From Selaginella moellendorffii (lineage: Eukaryota; Plantae; Lycopodiophyta), in the NCBI RefSeq assembly GCF_000143415.4, contig NW_003314383.1, positions 186,001 through 250,000 on the forward strand: a stretch of 64,000 bases of DNA, read 5' to 3'. This document shows, one piece after another, positions 48,686 through 58,948 of this stretch. Position numbers and translations under genes: made by a program. Every line of letters starts with the position of its first letter. Position 1 is the stretch's first letter. The notes beneath the pieces were generated by a model. It ran no database searches, was not told the DNA's origin, and was given only the letters and a program-made list of their open reading frames with translations.

Positions 48686-49556
48686 ATGGCTCACACTTTT
48701 CTCTTTGCTATTTCTCTCTTTGCTGTTCTTGCTAGCGTTGTTCTAGCTACCAACACCAACACCTCATGTTTCCCAGGTAAGAATCTACAAGCGATTTTAC
48801 AGCCAATCACAGGCTTTATGTTTGCAAGGCGATGCCACCGTCCAAATGTATAACGGCGACCTCAAACTCATGAGAGATCTCGAAGTTGGAGACAAGGTAT
48901 TCTATTGCTCTTAAGTTTCTCGAAAGCCCATCTAAACGTTCCAGATCTACAGGTTGCAGTGAGCAAAAACGTGTTCTCCGATGTCTATGCATTCGGCCAC
49001 AAGGACGCCGATGTGATCTCCGAGTTCATCCAGGTCCACACCGCCTCAGACATGATCGAGCTTAGCGAGGGCCACTTCATCCCAGTCGACGCCAAGGGAA
49101 AGCTTGTGTACAAGCGAGCCAAGGATCTCCAGGTTGGAGAAACTCTCTGGGGATCATCTCAAATCACTGGTAACATCATACTTCTTTTGAGACTTTGCTC
49201 TTACTTTGACAACTATAGAACTTTCCAAGGTGGAGAAGCTGGGCCTCTACAACCCATTCACTCTCTCCGGCAACATCATGGTTAACAACGTGGAGGCTTC
49301 CTCTCACAGCGAGTGGTTCCTGGACTCCCTCTTTGATGCCATTGGCGCAACTGAGTACCTCCCATATGCATACCAGGCCGTGCTCGCTCCACTTCGTGCC
49401 ATCTACAACATCGTCGGGAAGGAAATCTATGGAAAGGGTTATGCTGCCGTCAATTCTTGTGTCAACGTTGCTGAATTTGGAATGAAGCACGGAGGAAGCA
49501 TCGCTCTTGCTGTTGGAATCGCTGGAGTTGCAACAGCAATGCTGACGAAGGCTTGA
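48686..49556 (+). CDS. Secreted Hedgehog-type Hint (Hog) domain protein, copy 1, 237 aa. Exons 48686-48776, 48829-48896, 48953-49169, 49219-49556
   Basis: Four phase-consistent exons (714 nt) give a signal peptide, then TNTNTS-CFPGDATVQMYNGDLKLMRDLEVGDKV (Hint block A), FSDVYAFGH, IELSEGHFI (block B), AKDLQVGETL, GLYNPFTLSGNIMVNNVEASSH (Hint C-end), an SRR-like helical region and a hydrophobic tail. Confidence 0.92.
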
Positions 49557-49952
49557 TGAAAAACCAGAAGTAGAATAAATAACATCTTTTATGCTTTGAT
49601 TATTCCCCTTCTTTATTTATATCCAACTCTATTCTGAATGGTTTATTATTTGTTTAGTGGATATACCTAAAATATACTTGGATATTTTAGAATTTTTTAC
49701 CATCAAATGGTTATTATTCCTTTAGAATAATCTAGTGTTTATAATTTATGATTATAGCATATTCTAGCTTATTTAGCTTTTATACCATTAGGTTAAACTT
49801 ATTTTTATTAAAAACATGATGGTATGTGGTTATGCTCCAACTACTCTGTTTAGGAAAAACATTTTCTTGTAATACATAAATCATAATAATTTGCTATAAT
49901 ACAAACTAAGCAAACATGCAATATGGTCACAGTTTATTATTATTTATCAACC

Positions 49953-50075
49953 AAGGCTTGATGAACCATAAGTAAAATAAAATCTAAATTTCACAAAATG
50001 GAAAAAAAAAAAAGAAAACTGTATTCCATTATTTTGATTATTCCCCTTCTTTGTTTATATCTAACTCCCGATTTT
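49953..50075 (+). repeat. Remnant 3' end/3'UTR of a third Hog copy
   Basis: AAGGCTTGATGAA and TTTGATTATTCCCCTTCTTT match the stop and 3'UTR of copies 1 and 2. Confidence 0.6.
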
Positions 50076-50532
50076 ATATTCTAAATGGTTCATTTCTGGT
50101 TTTCTTAAGCAAACATCTTGGTAGTAAATATACTTAGAATATAGTTGAATATTCTATAATAGTTTACAGTTTAAAAGTTAATATTTATTTATAATAATAT
50201 CGTCATTAAATTTAAACATGATTATAAATTATAAAATTTTCCTAAACACCTTCTAGGTCTAACTTTTATGCCATTATATTAATCTTGTGTTTATTAAAAA
50301 TATTCTTAAACACAACAATTTGTTATTTGTTCTAAAACCACTTTTATAATGCTTTTGTATTATTAATATTAGTATATTTAAATATAAATATAAGTTGGCC
50401 TTTACATAAGTATATTTTAAATAATTAATTTAATATATTTTAAATAATATATTAAATTAAGTGATTAGTTTCAAAATTTGCAAGATTAGTTCCATGAATA
50501 TAATGAAAAATAAAATAAAATAAATATAGTAT

Positions 50533-51110
50533 TGTGAGGTACAGCTATAGATGTGAGGTCCAAATGTATAGCTATAAATACAAGGTCTAGATATATGGCT
50601 ATAATATTATATATTAATATTATTATAGTATGGTTTTAATAGCCATCATATTAATTTCAATTTGGACCACTTGGTTTTTTATATAAACTAAAGTTTTTAG
50701 GCTAATTGGATATACATGTTTTTATATTCCATACACTCATATTAATGGAGTTGAAGGGTAATCTTGATTGTCCTTAAGGAGTGCTTAAATTTATATTTTT
50801 GGTTTAGATCATTGATTTAATCATTTTACAATGATTCCCAATTATCATTCTTGAGATGATAACTACTGTTTATGTGAGTTCCCCACATATCTTCAAAAGA
50901 AAGTATTATAATGGTACAATGGTTTGAGTATAACTTCTCATGTGAATTAAAGCCTCCTCTCAAACATCTTTAAGCATTCATTTAGAAATGCTAACAATTA
51001 TGACAACACCTTTCAAAGTCAATTATGCAATTTAGTGTTTGTGTCCAAAGCCTCTTACTTTATGCAGAGCTTATATAAACAAAAATCAGAAATGTTTTCA
51101 GTAATGCTTG
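50533..51110 (+). mobile_element. Truncated, decayed copy of LTR family A plus a gag fragment
   Basis: TGTGAGGTCCAAATGTATA at 50552 matches 57183; 50860-51100 matches 57760-58000. Confidence 0.65.
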
Positions 51111-51666
51111 ATTTGTTTAATAGTAGTGCTTATTATTTATTAATCATACTGATCAATAGAAATTTTATAATTATAAACATGTTTATCATTTCTAAACATG
51201 AGATTAAACTTATTACACATTAACCATTAAATGTTCTAAAGGTAAATGATAGAATATCTTAGAATATCTAAGCATATTTTACCAAACCTAAATGGACATG
51301 TGTCAAATATCTGTATTATCTCACTCGAGCAAATGATAAGCCAAGTTGTGCCAACTTTCTATTAGCCAAACAAACATCCACACAAGTTTTACTGAAACCA
51401 TGCAAATTGAACCTACCCAAGGCCTATAATGGTTGTGAGCCTTCAGCCATTATTACTTTATTGTTGTAAATAGAATTGTAACAAAAAGAGTGTAAAGAAT
51501 AAATGACATTTCTATGTTGTACTTATTGATCTACATATAGGAGGAGCTTGAACTAAGACATGTCTCATTTTATAGCTATTAAAAATTAAATATAATGCTT
51601 AATTTAAATGTATACTAATCATTAAATTATAAAATATATTAAAATATCCAAGAATATACTGATTTT

Positions 51667-53401
51667 TTAACACCATATCACATTACCATTCAAATCTAAC
51701 AATTTTGTGGAGATGTTTTTCATATCTCCAATAACTTTTGATAGTGCATAAGCAGCAAAGAAATATCTAACTTCCAACCAATTTTCAGGTTCTGGACATA
51801 TCACATTTAGATCATCACTGAAGTTAAACCCAATTTTTGCTATAAAATGTCGATTCCTAAACATAAATATTTAGATACTAAAATATAAAAATAAAAACTC
51901 ACAACGAATGATGATGAAAAATTGCCAAATAATCATCCAATCCAGCCACCCTTGAACCTGTAGAAAACATTTTAAAAAATTATTTAAAAAAATATAAAAG
52001 TTATTTACTGACCTAACTCAGAATACTTAAGGCTCATCCCAAGCGCTATAGGTCTTATTTGTTGAAGTTCAAATTCAGTAGTTTTAAGAATCCTAGCTGT
52101 TTGTAAAGCTTCCAGCACTTCCTAAACATAATAAAAGAATAAAATTAAAAAATTCAAGTGATATAATATAATACCATGATAGGAATGTTGTACATTGATT
52201 TCCTACTTTGGATGAACGTAGACAGTTTAGTCCCAGGGTCCTTTCCTAAATGCTGCTCTGAAAGTACAAAAACATTTTAGATTAAAAGCTAAAAATATTT
52301 TCTTGCCGAGAAAGATCCTAAACATCGCCTGTGTTGCCCATCTCATCACGTTGTTAGCTACAATTTGGGTTTTCACAACGCATCATTGCAAGGCCGCCAC
52401 ACTTGGTTTTTGAGCACGGAATGTATTTTGCATATGGAATTAAACGTCACGAGTAATAAGGAAGAATGATTTACTTGCGACTTGAGCAACATCATCTCTG
52501 TTATTCCCTCTGAATGCATTATGTCACATACGGCCGCGTCCTTGGCCACCCTGCCCTGGACACCAAGCTTGTCCCAAAGACGATTGTCAAAGACTGCCTT
52601 GGCAGGGACAAGCTTGGTGCCAGCCACACACGGCAGCACGTCGCGTAGAGCATCTTCGGCGAAAAAGAGGCCCATCTTTCTATTGATGCCAATACCGCGG
52701 AGATCCACCACGACGCACTTTCTGATCCCGATCGCGTCCACAGCGTTCAGCTCCTTGACAGGATCCTCTCCACGGTCATGAGACGCCTGGACGAACTTCC
52801 TGGCCGACAGTGTCATGGGGAAGTCGTCGTAGTTGACGACCCAGTCCAGAGAGCCATACTGCAATGCCTTGGTGGGAACCGCGAGAAGGATGTAGCCAGT
52901 GGAGACCCGATTCTGCCAGATGGATTCTTTATAGACGAGGACTTGTTTAGCATCAAGCTCTTCTAAAGTTCCATCGATCACGAATTCCGCTGGAGGACCC
53001 CGACACCGCAGGCCGAGCTCGATCGTGGAAATGCAGCCCACGGCTTCGATGCTCCTGATCTGGCATGGCTCCAGCGGCGTCATTGAAGGCTCCATTTCGT
53101 TGTCGTATAAGTAGGCTGGAATGCTCCAAGGCGCTCCCCAGTAAAGGGCATTTGCATGTGTACGACGCTGCTTGGGGCAGATGTTTCCATGAGCGTAGCT
53201 CAGGTGATCAAGCAACGTCGTGTCGGGGCAGCCGCATGCAGTCAACTGCCGGTTGTAGCAGATATCGCAGAAGAGGAACAAGGAGGTGGTGGTGTTATCA
53301 TAGACGAGCTTGAGAGGAGGAGCAGGAGCACGAGGCCGAGCTCGAGCCCGAGCTAGAGTTTCCGCGAGCGTGCTGCATCCGCAGGCAACTCCTGCGTCCA
53401 C
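51667..53401 (-). pseudogene. Unknown multi-exon gene with a BED-like zinc finger, probably disabled at exon 2. Exons about 53401-52475, 52427-52307, 52257-52175, 52121-52013, 51957-51903, 51856-51667
   Basis: Long GC-rich first exon plus five phase-matching small exons with 46-55-nt introns; CDIC-x17-HLSYAH motif; exon 2 acceptor reads CAA rather than CAG and the exon has an in-frame TGA (52385-52383); start codon not identified. Confidence 0.6.
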
Positions 53402-53784
53402 AAGCTAAATGTTAGCTTGGCTCTTGCGCTCTTCTACTCACTCAGCTCCAAAAAGCCGCCGCCAGAACATGCCGCCCAACCAGGAGCAAGAGTTTATCCG
53501 CGAGTGTGCTGGGCAGATCCACCGCGCTCACACCACCCTAGACACTTTTAGGGCAAGGTTCTTAGAATATTCCTTGAAACTCCATAACTCGCATTATTTT
53601 GCTTAATGAACATTTAATTTCTTTCGTGAGAGCTTTCTTGTCAATGAATAATTCTTGCTATCAAAGTTTTAGGATCAACTTGATCAGTTAGCCTTATGTC
53701 ATAGGCACTCAGTTTCTAGGATTTAACATCGCTTCTAGAGCTTCTTTTCCTATCTTTCTAGGCTTTCATAGTGTAGAGTTCTCT

Positions 53785-54639
53785 ATGGCTCACACTTTTT
53801 TCTTTGCTACTTCTCTCTTCGCTGTTCTTGCTAGCGTTGTTCTAGCGACCAACACCTCATGTTTCCCAGGTAAGAATCTGCAAGCGATTTTACAGCCAAT
53901 CACAGGCTTTATGTTTGCAAAGGCGATGCCACCGTCCAAATGTATAACGGCGACCTCAAACTCATGAGAGATCTCGAAGTTGGAGACAAGGTATTGTATT
54001 GCTCTTAAGTTTCTCGAAAGCCCATCTAAACGTTCCAGATCTACAGGTTGCAGTGAGCAAAAACGTGTTCTCCGATGTCTATGCATTCGGCCACAAGGAC
54101 GCTGATGTGAGCTCCGAGTTCATCCAGGTCCACACCGCCTCAGACATGATCGAGCTTAGCAAGGGCCACTTCATCCCAGTCGACGCCAAGGGAAAGCTTG
54201 TGTACAAGGGAGCCAAGGATCTCCAGGTTGGAGAAACTCTCTGGGGATCATCTGAAATCACTGGTAGCATCATACTTCTTTTGAGACATTGCTCTTACTT
54301 TGACAACTATAGAACTTTCCAAGGTGGAGAAGCTGGGCCTCTACAACCCATTCACTCTCTCCGGCAACATCATGGTTAACAACGTGGACACAGCGAGTGG
54401 TTCCTGGACTCTCTCTTTGATGCCATTGGCGCAACTGAGTACCTCCCATATGCATACCAGGCCGTGCTCGCTCCACTTCGCGCCACAACATCGTCGGGAA
54501 GGAAATCTATGGAAAGGGTTATGCTGCCGTCAATTCTTGTGTCAACATTGCTGAATTTGGAATTAAGCACGGAGGAAGCATCGCTCTTGCTGTTGGAATC
54601 GCTGGAGTTGCAACAGCAATGCTGACCACGAAGGCTTGA
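53785..54639 (+). pseudogene. Hog-domain gene copy 2, frameshifted. Exons 53785-53869, 53923-53990, 54047-54263, 54313-54639
   Basis: Near-identical to copy 1 including introns and upstream DNA; a 10-nt deletion at 54388/54389 removes the codons for ASS of the Hint C-end; 4-nt deletion at 54485/54486; premature stop 54552-54554. Confidence 0.88.
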
Positions 54640-57182
54640 TGAAAAACCAGAAGTAGAAAAAAATGTAAATTTCATTAACATATTTTATGATTATTCCCCT
54701 TCTTTTTTAATATATTCTCAATGGTTTATTGTTTGTTTAGTGGATACTAGAAATTGCCCAGCAAAAAGCTGGCGAGTTGGCAAGGTGAAGTTCTCAAAAA
54801 AATTTAAATCTGAGCCAAAAGACAAATACATTGGCCAAGAGTTTTATGACAGCTTGAAGCATAGCTCTAGTTCTCCTGTAGTGTTTTATATAAAATAATT
54901 GTAGTTGTAGAAAGAAACATAAAGAATTTCTCACTGGGAACTACTCTAGTGACTATGGCTGGGACAACATTGCCATCGTATGTTCTTCTCGCATGTTGAA
55001 ACCCAGCACAAAACCTAAAAATAGAATTTCCTCTGCAAGAACAAAAAGATCTTACCTATTCTTAGCTAGGGCATCCTACAAAGATGAGTGGAAAATTCTT
55101 GTGCAGCATATGAGAGATCCAAGCAGGCTCTCCAATTCTATAAGCACTAGCCATAGCAGTCCATTGCTAATCCAGCCCTAAAGAAAAATAGGATGGATAA
55201 GACCCTATACACAGCATATGCAAGCTCTGTATATCCAACACTGCAAAGGATGATCACTTGACATACCATCCATAAACTCTATGCTTGAGCAATGCAAGCT
55301 TTTGGGCCTCCATCTCTAGCATTTGGCATTGCTTCTTCTTCTGCAAACTTTAAGGCTAAAGAGTTGCAGTAAAGAAGAGAAATCTGGAGCAAGCAAAACT
55401 TGGTGTCAAGGAGGAGTTGTGATAAAGAAAATTTCCTTGGCTGCAAGGGTAGAGTAGAGGGGGCTGCGGTAAAAGGATAGTTTTTCCCTCCTTGGCTACA
55501 ACTTCCTAGTATTGCCCAGCAAATGCTGGATGAGTGCAAAAATTAGTAATTTTATACAATTTTTTTCTTCTGATATTTTTATATGTATATATATATATTA
55601 GCATAGACTATATATTTAGAACACTGATATATTCCCAAAGTGTAAAAAAAGAATTACTAAGTAAATATTATTGATAAAGATATTATATACAGTATTAATT
55701 GGGAATATGGATATATTTAGAGTACTAAGATTTTAGGAAACTTAATACTCAACCCAGAAAAAATTATAGTTATAAGAATAAATATATTTAGTACACTTCC
55801 AGAAAAAAACAATAAAATAAGAATTACCAAAAATAAATTTTATTAATTAGATGTTACATGGAAAGTATGTTTTTATTTGGGATATAAACAAATTTAGAAT
55901 TCTAAAACTTTGAGAAAACTAATATATTACTATCAGACTCATAGAAATGTAAAGAAGAACTACTAAGTTTAATTATCACTAATTTAGGGAAGCAGTATTT
56001 AATTATTATGTGTTTACTTGGAATATGAATAAATATATAACTAAGATTTAAGAACATTAATATATTACTCAGACCCAAACATAGCCTAAAATAAAAAAAT
56101 TGTATGTAACCCTTAAACTCAAACATCTAGAAATAGAATCAAAATAAATTAATTTAATTTTAAGTAATATAGATTTAGTAAAGAATTACTTTGCCATGTG
56201 TTTTTCTTAGAATATAGAACAATAAAAATTTAAGAACACTAATCTACTACCCAGACCAAAGTAAAACTAAGAAAAGAAATACAAAAAATAATTGTTATTA
56301 ATATTTAAACTATAAATTCAAAACCTGATATTCTATGTTCATAAGATTTATGAAGGTGTTTAATTTGTTTGTATTAAGATTAAGCTAACCCACACCTTGA
56401 GCATGCTGTAATTGCCCGATCAATACATTAGTACAGCTTAGTGGTGACTCTATCTATCAACTAAACATATACATAAAGAAGAAAATTGTAAGACAGGGCA
56501 AGTGCCATCTTAATTATACTAACTGATTGAGGCAAATTTAAGTCAAAATGAATTTTAATCATAGTATCCAAGCTAGGAAATGATATTCTTGGCCTAATGG
56601 TTTTGCCACCTAAGCAACATCTCCTATACAATCACCAGCAGACTCAACAGCCATGCCCAACAGGAACCCCAAGAGCTGTTGTTCTCGTGCCCACACAATC
56701 CTTTGCAAGAGTTTTCGAGGAGCAAAAAAAATTTGATAAGCAATGCAAGAGGGCCATAGACCCATAGCAGGCAACATCTTTTGTTACCTACTATCCATGG
56801 TTTATGCCCCAGCAATTCTCTACCCCAGCACCCAGCCTCCGCCCGCAATCGGAGGAAGGTAGAATAGTGAAAGAGTTTGTGCTTACCTCGACTTTGATCA
56901 ACCATGGTGGACTTAATGCTCCCAGCCTTCTACTGCTGGAACTCTTATGTGAGCGAGTAGAAGCAGTGGGAGATAAAATCCTGGCTCCACAATCCATGCA
57001 GCTTGTCCTTCTCCCAAAGCTTGGTTCTGTAGCATGTAGAGAGGCAGCAACACAGCCTAGCAATGTAGAGCAAGCAATACAAGAGCCTGTTAAACAGGCA
57101 TCATCTACATAAAAGAGGAGCTTGAACCAAGATGTATCTCATTTTATAAATTTAATGCTTAATATAAATTTATATTTATCAA

Positions 57183-57505
57183 TGTGAGGTCCAAATGTAT
57201 ACCTACGATACCGTATACTAATATTAATATAGTGGGATTTTGGTAGCTATTGGATTGGTTTCAATCAGAACCACTCACTTATATATATAAGCTAAGGTTT
57301 TTGGGTTAATTGATATGTATATTTTTTATATTCCCTTTCCATGTTTTATGCACTCACATTGGTGAAGATAAGGGGCATTTTTGATTGTCCTTGAGGAGTG
57401 CTTGGATTTGGGATTTTAGTTTAAATATAGCTTTTGCATTGTTTAGCTCCTTCTAGCTTTTTTTTCATTTATCCTCTTTTGCTCTTTCCTTTTCATTCAT
57501 TTTCA
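57183..57505 (+). mobile_element. LTR of a Ty3/gypsy element (family A)
   Basis: TG...CA ends followed by PBS-like TGGCAGAGC (57506-57514); related copies at about 7370-7580 and 50550-50790. Confidence 0.55.
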
Positions 57506-58948
57506 TGGCAGAGCAATAGTCTTTTCCTCCTTTGACTCTAGAGTAATAGTTGGTGCAATTGCTTGATGTTATGTGATTGCAATTGAATAACCAAACTCAG
57601 TTGATGGCAACATTCATAGCATGTGGTATAACTCTTCCTACTTTTAGTGCCAATCCTCACATTCAGTCAGAGTTTTTCATGGGAATCCTGGGCATAATGT
57701 GTACCATTAGTTTGATCACTTCACAATGATTGCCACATATCATTCTTAGGATGATGTTTGACATTTGCGTGAGTTTCCCACATGTCTTCAAAGGACGGCG
57801 CTGCAGTGGTACAATGGTTTGAGCATAGCCAATCATGGGGATTGGAGTGTTCTCCCAAATGTCTTCAAACACATATTTGGACATGTTGACGATTGTGATA
57901 ATGCCTTCCAACAATTGCATCGTCTTTGTTAAAGGCCATCTGAGTCAATGATGCAATTTAGTGTTTGTTCTGAAGCCTCTTGCTTCATGCAGAGCCAAAT
58001 ATGTCAGAGTGGATCAAGCTAGGAATATTGTGGCCAGCACTTCGTCAAAATCTTGTCGAACTTATGGATGCCCTTGCTCCAGCCACTCTTGATGATGCTT
58101 TTCATTTGGCACAATGTTATGAGATGTCATCTCTTCCACTTCTGGTTACATGTCCTTCAACTCCACTTTTTGTGGGTGATGGTCTTGTTCTAATGGAGGT
58201 TAATGTTGTTGCTACTCGAGTCCAAGGACAAAGGCGAGGACGTGGTTGTGGCCGTGATATTCACTACTGGGCATATGATGAAGTTGGTTACACTTATCAA
58301 CGTTATTAGCCTTTTCTGGATTGGTGACCTCCATTTCCTGGATGGAGACTTTGTGTTGCAAATGTGACTTTGGGTATCGAAAGTTATCTGTCAGCTAGTC
58401 CTTATGGACACTCTTTCCTTACTGCCACGATGGCAGGAGGTTGGTATTGCTGGACCTATTATCAGTCTCCATCTAAGCTAGTTGAGAAACTGGTCTTCGC
58501 ATGTGCACTTGACCAGATGAGCATAAGAAAGGAATTCCTAAGTGTCTATTTAATCAAGCATATTTAACCTGGTTAGAGAAACTCATTCGTTGACTTGCAC
58601 TTGCTAGTGTTGGGAACCCTTGTGATATTGAGATTAGTCCCTCAATATTCGCTAGATGATAGCTTACCATGTTTACCAAACACCCTCGCTATCATGCCCT
58701 TTGTGTTAGTCTCAATTCAGTCCTAAATGTTATTTATTGAAAGTGTCCAGATTTGCTCATTTGGCATATCTATGGAATGTAGAGATTGGCCTAAACACAA
58801 TGGTGTTCATTCCGTGTCCAAATTCGCAATCTAGCGCTATTTCATATTTAGTAAGTTTTGAGTTTGTCCCAGAGACTAACTCCTGATATTAAGGGAGGCT
58901 TGGGGTGAAAGCCCAAAGCGTGTGTTCCTGAAGGGGCGGGGGGGGGGG
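57506..58948 (+). mobile_element. Decayed gypsy internal region (gag-like, then integrase-end-like) ending in a polypurine tract
   Basis: ORF 57980-58309 LRQNLVELMDALAPATLDDAFHLAQCYE is gag-like; PPT GAAGGGGCGGGGGGGGGGG at 58930-58948. Confidence 0.55.

Noticed and set aside
42223-49556. DET2 (sterol enzyme) close to the Hog gene as a functional cluster
   Set aside because: Unrelated genes intervene and gene density is very high; proximity alone is not evidence without conserved synteny or co-expression
48686-49556. Hog gene as a true intein or as contamination
   Set aside because: No C-terminal His-Asn plus nucleophile, no host extein or endonuclease; introns and flanks match the surrounding plant genes
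54950-57112. GC-richer islands with exon-like edges (about 54950-55540 and 56620-57110)
   Set aside because: Interrupted frames and no identifiable family
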